From positions 1-58,804 of the forward strand of contig JAHECM010000002.1 in the NCBI GenBank assembly GCA_024641725.1: 58,804 nucleotides of DNA, read 5' to 3'. The notes beneath the pieces were generated by a model. The model was not told the DNA's origin. It worked only from the letters and a program-made list of their open reading frames with translations, and made no database searches. The stretch is from Limnohabitans sp. (GTDB lineage Bacteria > Pseudomonadota > Gammaproteobacteria > Burkholderiales > Burkholderiaceae_C). Position 1 is the stretch's first letter; every line of letters begins with the position of its first letter. The position numbers were made by a program, and so were the translations under genes. Positions 11,214 through 20,450 of the stretch are shown in pieces.

Positions 11214-11855
11214 ATGCAGGCAAACATGACAAGCAGAAAACTGGACGGCACATCCTTTTTGGATCTGCGGCGGCAACTGGAATCGCGAGGAATCGTTTTT
11301 TCCTACTGCGGCTACCTCAACGAGAACATCTTGACCGGGATCGGCAATGCGCTCCAAAGCAAGATGGCGATAGATCACACCGATCAAAAAATATCTCGAG
11401 GTATTTTTTCCACCTTCGTGGAGCAAGTCCAAAACGTGATCCGCTACTCGGCAGAAACGATCGGGCCGGAAGAGCGCATAGCACTTGAGCGGCAAGCAGA
11501 ACAAAACGCAGGGGTCGAAAACTCATCCTCCCTGGACGATGGAGAACTGCGGTACGGATTGATTGCCATAGGCGAATCTCCAGACGGCACCCGATTTGTC
11601 ACTTGCTCCAATCTGATCGAAAACAAAAATGTGGAGCGCGTGAAGGAATCCTTGGAGTCGATTCGGGGCTTAAACCGCAAAGAGTTGACAACGATGATGC
11701 GTGAGCACCTCAAAAAAGGCCCGCCAGAGGGCTCAAAGGGTGCCGGGGTGGGCTTTATCTCAATTGCCCGGGAGGCCAATGGCAACTGGGAATACGACAT
11801 GGTCCCCATGCCAGACGGAAATTTCACATTTTTTTGCCTCGAAGCCTATTTCTGA
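11214..11855 (+). CDS. siaB: SiaB-family protein kinase (GHKL, anti-sigma-like)
   Basis: FVEQVQNVIRYS N-box, GSKGAGVGFISIAR G-box, N-terminal FSYCG; directly upstream of a SiaC-like gene; start may be 11226. Confidence 0.8.
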   Translation: MQANMTSRKLDGTSFLDLRRQLESRGIVFSYCGYLNENILTGIGNALQSKMAIDHTDQKISRGIFSTFVEQVQNVIRYSAETIGPEERIALERQAEQNAGVENSSSLDDGELRYGLIAIGESPDGTRFVTCSNLIENKNVERVKESLESIRGLNRKELTTMMREHLKKGPPEGSKGAGVGFISIAREANGNWEYDMVPMPDGNFTFFCLEAYF

Positions 11856-11863
11856 GAAAAACC

Positions 11864-12244
11864 ATGGAAAAAATTGACATTCAAGCCACCGCTCGCACGC
11901 CATCTATCCAGTTCGACCCTCTGTCGGGGCAGTTCATTCTGGAAGGTGAATCCTATCCTGAGGATACAAAAAAGTTTTACGACACACCATTGAGTGGGGT
12001 CTATGAATTTCTAGAAGCCACGCCTAGCGTGGCATGCGTCTTCTCATTTCGACTGAAATACTTCAACAGTTCGTCAGCCAAAGTGCTGATGGACCTGTTC
12101 TTGGCCATCGAAGAATCCGCTGCTCGCGGAGCATCCATGAAAGTGCAATGGCACTTTGCAGAAGATGACGACAACATGCAAGAACTTGGAGAGGAATTTT
12201 CCGAGGAACTCAATGCCGCCAATTTTGAGTTGGTCACGTTTTGA
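11864..12244 (+). CDS. siaC: SiaC-family regulatory phosphoprotein (DUF1987)
   Basis: ATARTP, LEGESYPED..FY, LKYFNSSSAK, W..EDD..ELGEEF; 126 aa. Confidence 0.85.
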   Translation: MEKIDIQATARTPSIQFDPLSGQFILEGESYPEDTKKFYDTPLSGVYEFLEATPSVACVFSFRLKYFNSSSAKVLMDLFLAIEESAARGASMKVQWHFAEDDDNMQELGEEFSEELNAANFELVTF

Positions 12245-12262
12245 TGAACTGATGGGCACCGC

Positions 12263-13303
12263 GTGACCGATTCCTTTTTGGCCAAAGAGCAAGAGATCCT
12301 CAAAGAATGCGAACGCTTGCTCGCACAAGCGCCGGAGTCCATCGCCACCAGCGACTTCGTCAAGCTGACCAACGACTACGGCCGACTGTTGAAAAATTTG
12401 GCGCGCTTGATTCGGATCAGTGACAAAAACGAATTGCGGCTTCAAAGCGTGTCAGATGAGTTGGCCATAGAGAAAAAGAAGTTAGAGGCCCTTGCGGCCC
12501 AATTGTCAAAATATTTACCACGCCAAATTTACGACTCCATCTTCAGTGGGGACCAATCACTGGAGATCAAAACCAAACGCCGATTGCTGACTGTTTTTTT
12601 CTCGGACATACAGGGATTCACGCAAATATCGTCGGTCGTTCAACCAGAAATATTGACCAAGTACATCAACGCCTATTTTTCTGAGATGTCAGACATTGCT
12701 GCGAAGCACGGTGGCACCATCGACAAATTCATTGGCGATGCCATGATGGTCTTCTTTGGTGATCCAGAAAGCCGCGGGCCCCAAGAAGATGCATTGGCCT
12801 GCGTCCGAATGGCTTTCGAAATGCAGCGCCGTTTGTCAGAGCTGCACATCCAGTGGGCAAAAGAAGGGCTGCAACACCCCTTCATCACACGCATCGGCAT
12901 CAACACGGGCTATTGCAATGTAGGCAACTTCGGTAGTCACAGCCGAATGGCTTACACCATCTTGGGCGGCGAAGTGAATTTGGCCGCTCGCATTGAAAGC
13001 CAATGCGAGCCTGGCGGCGTCCTGATGTCCCACGAAACCTATGCTCAAGTGAAAAACTATGTGGAGGTCCGCGAGCGCGACCCCATCGAGCTCAAAGGCA
13101 TCACTTTGCCAGTGAAGACGTATGCGCTTGTCAAAGTCAGCGACACCGACCAATCACAAAAAATGGACCTTCAGATTCGACTGCCAGGTTCGAATAAATT
13201 TGTCATCAAACCTGCAAACCTCACCATGCCAGAACGTCTAAGCCTCATCTCCACTTTGAGAGACGTGGCCAACACCCTAGAAGGAGTTTCAGCAAATGAT
13301 TGA
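12263..13303 (+). CDS. Class III nucleotidyl (probably adenylate) cyclase with N-terminal coiled-coil stalk
   Basis: FFSDIQGFT, DKFIGDAMM (Lys = ATP specificity), RIGINTG, AYTILGGEVNLAARIE; no TM; N-terminal LARLIRISD helix. Confidence 0.9.
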   Translation: MTDSFLAKEQEILKECERLLAQAPESIATSDFVKLTNDYGRLLKNLARLIRISDKNELRLQSVSDELAIEKKKLEALAAQLSKYLPRQIYDSIFSGDQSLEIKTKRRLLTVFFSDIQGFTQISSVVQPEILTKYINAYFSEMSDIAAKHGGTIDKFIGDAMMVFFGDPESRGPQEDALACVRMAFEMQRRLSELHIQWAKEGLQHPFITRIGINTGYCNVGNFGSHSRMAYTILGGEVNLAARIESQCEPGGVLMSHETYAQVKNYVEVRERDPIELKGITLPVKTYALVKVSDTDQSQKMDLQIRLPGSNKFVIKPANLTMPERLSLISTLRDVANTLEGVSAND

Positions 13304-14504
13304 GAAAAAAGTCAAATCCATCCTGCGTCAGCAATGGCAGGTGTCAGAGAACGAAAAGTGCGGTGCGGTGATTTCCGCCATGCGCAAGGATGAAGCGGCC
13401 ATGGTGGTGCCAGTGTTCAACACGAACCAGGAACCGATCGGTCTGATAGACCGTCAATCAGCCTTGTCCATGGCATCGAACCCCCTGCACTTCTCGGTGT
13501 ACCAAAATCGAACCGCCAAAATGTTGGTTCAGGAATCCTTTCCGACCTTTGACATTGAGACCAGCATCGACGAAGCGTCGCAGGAAATGATCCGTCTTGG
13601 TCATTCGCTGAGCCAAGGCGGCTTCATGGTGACTGAAAATGGTCAGTATGCTGGCATTGGCGTCAACACAGACATGCTGGGGTACCTGGTCGAAGCCAAC
13701 CATGCGCGCGCTGAAGCATTGCATGAGTTGAACAATGAGATGATCGACAGCGTCAACTACGCAGGGCGAATTCAAGGCAGCTTATTGCCCGACAAAATTC
13801 AATTGCGCAAAGACTTGCAATCTGTCGGCGTGCTGTGGGAACCCCGTGACATTGTGGGAGGCGATGTTTACTGGCGCACGCCCGAGGAACACCAAGGCAC
13901 ATTCACCCTCGCCTTGATCGACTGCACAGGCCACGGCGTACCTGGCTCCTTGATGTCGATGCTTGTTGTGACGGCACTGAACAGCATATTTGCAGAGGAC
14001 CCAGCCATTGCCCCAGGGCAAGCCTTGGCCAAACTTGGCAACACGGTTCGATCTGCGTTAAAGCAAGACAAAGACGATTGCCAATCCAATGACGGCTTTG
14101 ATGCAGGCATTTGCAAAATTGACCCCCTTGCAGGCAAAGTGACCTTTGCAGGTGCCCGGACCAACTGCTTCATTGTTCCCAAGTCTGAAGACCCCGTGAT
14201 TCGACTTCAAGGTGAAAAACTGGCATTGGGTTATCCAGGCCGTGAGCCTTACAAGGCCCTGGAAGAATTTGAAGTCACATTTGAGCAATGCAAGACTTTT
14301 TTCATGGCGTCTGACGGCGTGTTGGATCAACCCGGCGGAGAAAACAGCCTGGCTTTTGGGCCCAAACGACTCACACAGGCCATCGAATCGAACCGCAGTC
14401 TCGACGCCGAGAACATGATGAAAGCCATGAAAAAGGTTGTCGATCAATGGCGGGGTCAGGAACACCGCCGTGACGATGTTTCTGCATTGGCGTTCTCCAT
14501 TTGA
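13296..14504 (+). CDS. PP2C/SpoIIE phosphatase with N-terminal CBS-like pair (SiaA-like catalytic domain)
   Basis: SVNYAGRIQ, WEPRDIVGGD, DCTGHGVPG, SDG..DQPGG, RRDDVS; N-terminus VPVFN..PIGLIDR...FMVTENGQYAGIG is CBS-like; no TM. Confidence 0.85.
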   Translation: MIEKKVKSILRQQWQVSENEKCGAVISAMRKDEAAMVVPVFNTNQEPIGLIDRQSALSMASNPLHFSVYQNRTAKMLVQESFPTFDIETSIDEASQEMIRLGHSLSQGGFMVTENGQYAGIGVNTDMLGYLVEANHARAEALHELNNEMIDSVNYAGRIQGSLLPDKIQLRKDLQSVGVLWEPRDIVGGDVYWRTPEEHQGTFTLALIDCTGHGVPGSLMSMLVVTALNSIFAEDPAIAPGQALAKLGNTVRSALKQDKDDCQSNDGFDAGICKIDPLAGKVTFAGARTNCFIVPKSEDPVIRLQGEKLALGYPGREPYKALEEFEVTFEQCKTFFMASDGVLDQPGGENSLAFGPKRLTQAIESNRSLDAENMMKAMKKVVDQWRGQEHRRDDVSALAFSI

Positions 14505-14646
14505 GATGAAAGAGCGGCTTTGATTTTTCTCGAAGCCAAAGCACTCTGACGCTTATGCATAATCGCTTCATGCACATGCATAAGCTGTCAGCCATCACGA
14601 TGGGCTCACCCTTCTGACAGACAACACGAGTCTTTAATGGATGGCC

Positions 14647-15960
14647 ATGTCGATAGAGCGATTCTTTGAAATTTTGGCCAAACAAAAAAGAGTGGACCAG
14701 CTGGTTCGCAACCAAAAAATGTCGCGCCATGACGTGATTGAGTCGCTGGTACAAAAGCAACACGACGCCGAATTGCTGTCAGCACTCAGCGGATTGACTG
14801 CCGCCGATCTGGGTGAGACTCTGGAAAAATTACCGCTGGAATATGCACAAATACTTTGGAGCAAATTGCCCCAAAATTTGGAGAATGATGTGCTTTGGGA
14901 ACTTTCCGAAACGCGCAGCCATGAGCTGGCGAGTGGGCGGGAACCCGATTTTTCAGAAAGTAAATTGGGGGTCTATGCATTGGTCGACGGCAAGATGCTG
15001 ACCGTCCCAATCACCCACAAAAAAGACTTAGAGGGTGTCAAACCTATCTGGGTCGATTTGATCAATGCATCCAAAGCACAGAGAGCTTTCATCGGTGCGC
15101 ACTTCAACATCGAACTGCCAGATCCATTGTTGGAAACAGACTTAGAGGTCAGCGCTCGATTTCACGTTGAAGAGGGCGACCAGATCCATTTGCACTCTAA
15201 TTTTTTGCGCGACCGCTCCGGCGATTCGCGCAGCGTGCCAGTGGCATTCATCCTGCACGAAGGTATTTTATTTTCTTTGCGCAGTGAAGATCTGCCAGTT
15301 TTTCGACTGCAAAAGCGCCTTGCAAAGACAAAGCCAGATTATGTCAAAGACAGCATTGACGTCTTGCTGGATCTCTATGGCGCAGATGTTGAAAGTTCCG
15401 CCGATTTTTTAGAGAACATCTACGCCACACTGGGGCGCATTGGCCACATGGTCTTGCATGAGTCGGTCACTGACCAACAAGCAGCCAGCACTTTGGCCCA
15501 AATTGCCGAAGAAGAAGACCACAACGGGCGAATTCGCAGCAACATTTTGGACACGCAACGTGCATTGAATTTTTTGATCCGTGGTCGACTGCTGTCCGCG
15601 AGACAAATGGAGGACGCAAAACAAATCTTGCGCAACATTGAATCGCTCAATAGCCACACATCTTTCTTGTTTGACAAGATAAATTTTTTGATGGATGCAA
15701 CCATCGGTTTCATCAACATCAACCAGAACAAGCAAGTGAATAAATTGACAATTTTCAGCGTGGTGTTCATGCCCATCAACATCTTGGCGGGCATTGGCGG
15801 CATGTCTGAATTTTCAATGATGACCCAAGGCATCGACTGGCCTGTGGCCTACGGTGGGTTTGCACTGGGGTCGGCCTGCCTCGGACTGCTGACATACCTG
15901 GCACTCCAACGCTTTGGCGCAAAGCCTGGCAAGGGCCACAAGTCAAATCAAAGGGCTTGA
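14647..15960 (+). CDS. corA: CorA-family cation transporter with extra MgtE-N-like N-terminal domain
   Basis: WVDL, LEVSARF, FLMDATIGFININQN, TM-GGMSEF-TM; N-terminal AADLGETLEKLP helix repeats; start may be 14641. Confidence 0.8.
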   Translation: MSIERFFEILAKQKRVDQLVRNQKMSRHDVIESLVQKQHDAELLSALSGLTAADLGETLEKLPLEYAQILWSKLPQNLENDVLWELSETRSHELASGREPDFSESKLGVYALVDGKMLTVPITHKKDLEGVKPIWVDLINASKAQRAFIGAHFNIELPDPLLETDLEVSARFHVEEGDQIHLHSNFLRDRSGDSRSVPVAFILHEGILFSLRSEDLPVFRLQKRLAKTKPDYVKDSIDVLLDLYGADVESSADFLENIYATLGRIGHMVLHESVTDQQAASTLAQIAEEEDHNGRIRSNILDTQRALNFLIRGRLLSARQMEDAKQILRNIESLNSHTSFLFDKINFLMDATIGFININQNKQVNKLTIFSVVFMPINILAGIGGMSEFSMMTQGIDWPVAYGGFALGSACLGLLTYLALQRFGAKPGKGHKSNQRA

Positions 15961-16512
15961 TCAAAGCATGACTTGAGCAATGTGGTCTGCATAGTGGTTG
16001 AGCTCAGGCACCCGTTTACCCTGTATTTTTGCCAAATCGTCGTACCGCCTCAATCTGACTGAATCTTCAGCAAACGGCAGCGCGATGAAGGCTTGCGCCT
16101 GGGTCTCTGTGAATGCACCGCCTTGCTGCGCCAGGCTATGTTTCGAAGCGTCTGACAATTCGTCCCAATAGCTCGGATAGACCGCGCACAAATACCGCTT
16201 GGCATCCACGTGGAGGCGAATTGGCTCAAGCACTGCATCTGGAAATAAATTGCGTAAAAAAGGCAATGCAATGTATTGGTGCAGGTCGTCTTTATCGGAC
16301 GCAACAGTTGATTCCCCATCCCGGCTGTTCGCTAACAAATGTCCAACATCGTGCAACAAAGCCGCCACAATATTTTCAGCAGGTTCACCCGCTTGTTCTG
16401 CCAAATGCGCGCATTGCAAGGCGTGCTCCAACTGACTAACCTCCTCGTTGCCGTACTGTGCGTGACCTTTGTACTGCAATAGGCTGACGAGATCTTCAAT
16501 ATAAAGGCTCAT
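15961..16512 (-). CDS. PhnZ-like HD-domain phosphonate oxygenase
   Basis: QYGNEEVSQLEHALQCA, LLHDVGH, HVDAKRYL, SLAQQGG, LRRYDDLAK; follows phnE. Confidence 0.85.
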   Translation of the reverse strand: MSLYIEDLVSLLQYKGHAQYGNEEVSQLEHALQCAHLAEQAGEPAENIVAALLHDVGHLLANSRDGESTVASDKDDLHQYIALPFLRNLFPDAVLEPIRLHVDAKRYLCAVYPSYWDELSDASKHSLAQQGGAFTETQAQAFIALPFAEDSVRLRRYDDLAKIQGKRVPELNHYADHIAQVML

Positions 16513-16520
16513 GGTTGCTC

Positions 16521-17327
16521 TCAAATAAATAGTCGTCGAATGCTGGAAGAAGTCACATCGATCAAGCTGACCGTCACGACAATGATGATCATGACTGCAC
16601 AGGTTTCTGCGTACTGAAAGCCTCGAATAATTTCCCAAAGCACCACGCCGATGCCGCCTGCACCGACCATACCCACCACGGAGGCAGAGCGCACATTGGA
16701 TTCAAATCGGTACAACGCAAATGAAATCCAAAGGGGTGTGACTTGTGGAATAACACCATAGATGATCTCGTGCAACGACGATGCACCAGTAGATCGAATG
16801 CCCTCAACAGGCTGCGGATCAATCGCCTCAACCGCCTCCGAAAACAATTTGGCCAATACACCTGCGGTGTGTATCCACAGCGCCAATACACCAGCGAAAG
16901 GCCCCAGCCCCACAGCCACGACAAACAGCATGGCAAATACCATTTCGTTGATGGCGCGGCACGCATCGAGTACGCGTCGGACAGGTTGATAAACCCACCA
17001 TGGCACGATGTTGGCCGAAGCCAAGAGCGACAAAGGGACAGCAGTCACCACAGCCAAGGCAGTGCCCCACAGAGCGATCTGCAAAGTCACGACCATTTCG
17101 TTGACGTAAATGCGCCACTGCGAAAAATTAGGCGGAAAAAAATCGGCCGCGTACGACGCCATGTTGCTGGAGTCGCGCAGCAATTCCATTGGGCGCATGT
17201 CCGCGCCCTGCCAGGATGAGGCAAGCAACATCACCACAAGCCCCCAAGCCAAGTAGCCCATCAAGCTTCGTTTGACTGTGGACGCCTGTGCCAGCATCTG
17301 GAGTTTGAGATCGACTGTAACGGACAT
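16521..17327 (-). CDS. phnE: Phosphonate ABC permease
   Basis: [32 protein letters not shown]. Confidence 0.95.
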   Translation of the reverse strand: MSVTVDLKLQMLAQASTVKRSLMGYLAWGLVVMLLASSWQGADMRPMELLRDSSNMASYAADFFPPNFSQWRIYVNEMVVTLQIALWGTALAVVTAVPLSLLASANIVPWWVYQPVRRVLDACRAINEMVFAMLFVVAVGLGPFAGVLALWIHTAGVLAKLFSEAVEAIDPQPVEGIRSTGASSLHEIIYGVIPQVTPLWISFALYRFESNVRSASVVGMVGAGGIGVVLWEIIRGFQYAETCAVMIIIVVTVSLIDVTSSSIRRLFI

Positions 17328-17345
17328 GAGGCCAGGGGGTATGGC

Positions 17346-18290
17346 TTACTTCAAGGCCGCCAACTGCTGATCAATTTCCGACAACTTGGACTTCTTTTCA
17401 GACTCTGCCAAGGTGGTATCGGCCTCGAGCTTGTTGCGTTTGGCAAAGAGATCCAACTGCCGAATCGGCTTGAGCTGATCGTTGGTGGATGCCTTGAAGC
17501 CAGACAATTTGTTGATTTTCATCACGATGTCTTTTTCTCGGGCATCGGTTTTGGCGTAGTTGTAAAAGAAGTTCTTGATTTTGGCTTTGCTGGTTTCCGG
17601 CAAATTTTTGCTGATCACCATGGGGTCCGATGGGATCAATGGCGATGTCCAAATGATCTTGATCTCTTTGAATTTCTCAGCTTGACGCTCTTTGATCTTG
17701 TCAAGGTTTTCGCTGTTGTTGGTGGCCACATCCACCTGCTTGTTGGCGATGGCCAAGGCATTTGTTTCGTGGTTCGCATTGCGAACCACTTTGAACAGTG
17801 TCTTGGGGTCTTGCTTGTTTTGTGCAAAAACATAGAAGCCAGGCACCAGAAAACCGGAAGTGGAATTGGGATCGCCATTGCCAAAGCTCAGGCTTTTTCC
17901 ACTCTTAAATACATCCTCCAGCCCCTTGAGCGGGCTGTCTTTATGGACAATCAGGTGAGAGTAATAGCCTTGAGTCCCATCGGCATTGACCATCTGCGCA
18001 AAAATTTCAGCGTTTGAACGGTCCACGGCTTCCATTGCCGACTTGTTGCCCAGCCAAGCGACATGCACTTTGTTGAACCTCATGCCTTCAATGATGCCGG
18101 CATAGTCCGGGGCGAAAAATGCATTGATCTTCATCCCTGTTTGTTTGGCCATGTCGTCCAACAATGGCTGCCAGTCTGCCTTGAGGTTTTGAGAGGATTC
18201 GGTCGAGATGATGCCGAAGTTGATGTCCTGCGCCATAGCGCCTGCCAAACTCAGACCCAGAGCCAATGCGACCCCAATTTTTTTAAACAT
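17346..18290 (-). CDS. phnD: Phosphonate-binding protein
   Basis: Signal peptide; FGIISTES, DYAGIIEGMRF, DPNSTSG, NHE, NNSE. Confidence 0.95.
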   Translation of the reverse strand: MFKKIGVALALGLSLAGAMAQDINFGIISTESSQNLKADWQPLLDDMAKQTGMKINAFFAPDYAGIIEGMRFNKVHVAWLGNKSAMEAVDRSNAEIFAQMVNADGTQGYYSHLIVHKDSPLKGLEDVFKSGKSLSFGNGDPNSTSGFLVPGFYVFAQNKQDPKTLFKVVRNANHETNALAIANKQVDVATNNSENLDKIKERQAEKFKEIKIIWTSPLIPSDPMVISKNLPETSKAKIKNFFYNYAKTDAREKDIVMKINKLSGFKASTNDQLKPIRQLDLFAKRNKLEADTTLAESEKKSKLSEIDQQLAALK

Positions 18291-18332
18291 GCGAAACTCC
18301 AAAAGGTTTGAATAAAAACTCAAAGCGACACT

Positions 18333-19196
18333 TCATGCCGCCTGCAAATGCCCCAAACTCAACGGGTATTCAAAAGGTGCTGATTGCGCCTGAGTGGGTG
18401 ACAGCGCAGACAGCAGCTCACTGCCACTCAAAAACTCCTGCGCGGCCATGCCATAGAGATCGCGCAACAAGGCCGGTGTGAGCGCGGTCGAGGGACCGTC
18501 GAACACCACTTGGCCTTGGTTCAAAGCCACGATGCGAGGGCAATAGCGAATGGCCATGTCCACCTGATGCAAAGAAACCAAGACCGTGCGGCCGTCTTCG
18601 CGCTGAATACTGGACAGGATCTCCATGACCTTGCGCGAGGACTCGGGGTCGAGTGAGGCGATCGGCTCATCGGCCAGCACCAGACGAGCGCCCTGCACCA
18701 GCGTGCGCGCAATCGCAGCGCGCTGTTGTTGGCCACCCGACAGGGTTGATGCACGTTGAGCGTAGCACTCCAAGATGCCCACCCGCGACAAGGCATCCAA
18801 TGCCAAAGTGCGCTCCGAAAGGTTGAACCACCTCAGCAAACTGCGCCACCATGGCAAGCAGTGCAAACGTCCAACCAAAACGTTCATCAGCACCGGCAAA
18901 CGGTCGATCAAATTGAACTGCTGGAATACAAAGCCAATTTCACTGCGTATGCTTCGAATGTCACCTGAAATCCGTCCTTCACGCTGAACACAGCGGCCAT
19001 TGACTTCAATCAGGGAACCTTTATTGGCATCGGCCGCCAAAAGACCTGCCACCATGCGCAGCAGTGTCGACTTGCCCGAGCCCGAAGCACCAATCAATGC
19101 CACCATTTCCCCATCAGCAACATGGAGGTTGATGTCGCGCAAGGCATGCCGACCATTGGCAAAATGTTTGTCCGTGTTTTCAATTCTCAATGCCAT
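18333..19196 (-). CDS. phnC: Phosphonate ABC ATPase
   Basis: [33 protein letters not shown]. Confidence 0.95.
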   Translation of the reverse strand: MALRIENTDKHFANGRHALRDINLHVADGEMVALIGASGSGKSTLLRMVAGLLAADANKGSLIEVNGRCVQREGRISGDIRSIRSEIGFVFQQFNLIDRLPVLMNVLVGRLHCLPWWRSLLRWFNLSERTLALDALSRVGILECYAQRASTLSGGQQQRAAIARTLVQGARLVLADEPIASLDPESSRKVMEILSSIQREDGRTVLVSLHQVDMAIRYCPRIVALNQGQVVFDGPSTALTPALLRDLYGMAAQEFLSGSELLSALSPTQAQSAPFEYPLSLGHLQAA

Positions 19197-19212
19197 GACG
19201 ATCTCTGTCCCA

Positions 19213-19226
19213 GCTGTCTATACAAG
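19213..19226. promoter_or_regulatory. Putative PhnF (HutC-type GntR) operator
   Basis: TGTCTATACA near-palindrome matching the HutC-subfamily GTnTAnAC core, just downstream of the phnC -10. Confidence 0.6.
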
Positions 19227-19229
19227 GAC

Positions 19230-19263
19230 AGTGTGCGAAGCACCTGTGACATCTGTTTGACAA
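19230..19263 (-). promoter_or_regulatory. Pho box and -10 for phnCDE-phnZ
   Basis: Minus strand TTGTCAA-acag-ATGTCAC, 10 bp, CACACT. Confidence 0.75.
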
Positions 19264-19295
19264 ATTACGGAAGATTGCATGTCAGGCTGCCCCGC

Positions 19296-20450
19296 TCACA
19301 GCACCCGCTGGCCAGCACGCCAGACTGCGCGAACCACGCCATGACGCTGACCCTGCTGCAAACGGACCCAGCGCACCTGAATCAAATCAGCGCGCAAACC
19401 GGTCGAAATTTGCCCCCGGTCTTGCAACCCGGTGGCCCGGGCCGGGTGCAGAGTGACCGTCGCCACGGCTTGAGGCAGCGTGAGGATTTCGTCCTGGACC
19501 AGCCGCGCCACGGCGCTGAGCATGCTGCCCGGTACGTAGTCTGACGAGACGATGTCCAGCAAACCATGACGTGCCAACTCGGACGCAGCCACATTACCTG
19601 AGTGCGAACCGCCACGCACCACATTGGGTCCACCCATCACATTGAGCAGCCCATGGGCGTGTGCTGTGCGCGCCGCCACCAAAGTGGTCGGGAATTCTGA
19701 CATGCTGGCCCCCTCGGCATGGGCCTGCATGACATGTGCAATGGTGGTGTCGTCATGACTGGCCAAAGCGATGCCATGGGTGCGGCAATAGTCCACAAAA
19801 TACGCCCGATGCGGCTCAGCATAACGGTCTTGCAACTCACCGGAATGGGCTACTTGGCGCTCAAATTTCTCGTTCGACCAACCCTTTTTACCGGTGTAAT
19901 AAGTGCGCGCCTGCTCAATATTTTCCCATTGGCGCTGACCGGGTGTGTGATCCATCAACGATATGAGCGACAAGCGTGGGTGCTTGTAAAAGGGCTCAAA
20001 CAACTCGATGGTATTAGGCGCGGGTAATTCGCAGCGCACATGAAGATGGTGGTCAGCACGCAACAATCCCTCACGGGAGCATGCGTCCATGGCACTGAGT
20101 ACCGAGCCCCATGTGCTGCCACGCAAGCTGTCTGGATCCGCATCACCCACCCCCAGCGCATCAAAAACAGTGGTGATCCCAGCAGCAGCCACTTCAGCAT
20201 CATGGGCGATCAAGGCGGGTATTTCTGCCCATTGCACTTTGGGCCTAGGCATCAAATGCCGCTCGAAGTTGTCGGTGTGCATCTCAACGAATCCGGGCAT
20301 CAAATCATCACCTTCCAAGTCAATGCCCTGCGCGTGATTCACCACGCCTTGGTGCACCGCGTCAATGCGGCCGTCCTTGACTTGCAAACTGCCGTGCACC
20401 ACTTCGCCTGCCAGCACTATGCGTGCATTTTTGATGACCATTGAACTCAT
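19296..20450 (-). CDS. phnM: Ribose 1-methylphosphonate 5-triphosphate diphosphatase
   Basis: MHTDNFERH, MDHTPGQRQ, ASHDD, SEFP, GGSHSGN, SSDY. Confidence 0.96.
   Translation of the reverse strand: MSSMVIKNARIVLAGEVVHGSLQVKDGRIDAVHQGVVNHAQGIDLEGDDLMPGFVEMHTDNFERHLMPRPKVQWAEIPALIAHDAEVAAAGITTVFDALGVGDADPDSLRGSTWGSVLSAMDACSREGLLRADHHLHVRCELPAPNTIELFEPFYKHPRLSLISLMDHTPGQRQWENIEQARTYYTGKKGWSNEKFERQVAHSGELQDRYAEPHRAYFVDYCRTHGIALASHDDTTIAHVMQAHAEGASMSEFPTTLVAARTAHAHGLLNVMGGPNVVRGGSHSGNVAASELARHGLLDIVSSDYVPGSMLSAVARLVQDEILTLPQAVATVTLHPARATGLQDRGQISTGLRADLIQVRWVRLQQGQRHGVVRAVWRAGQRVL

Noticed and set aside
12263-13303. Cyclase as part of a Pycsar/CBASS-type antiphage system
   Set aside because: No cNMP-binding TM or TIR effector nearby; ATP-type residues; neighbours are Sia-like
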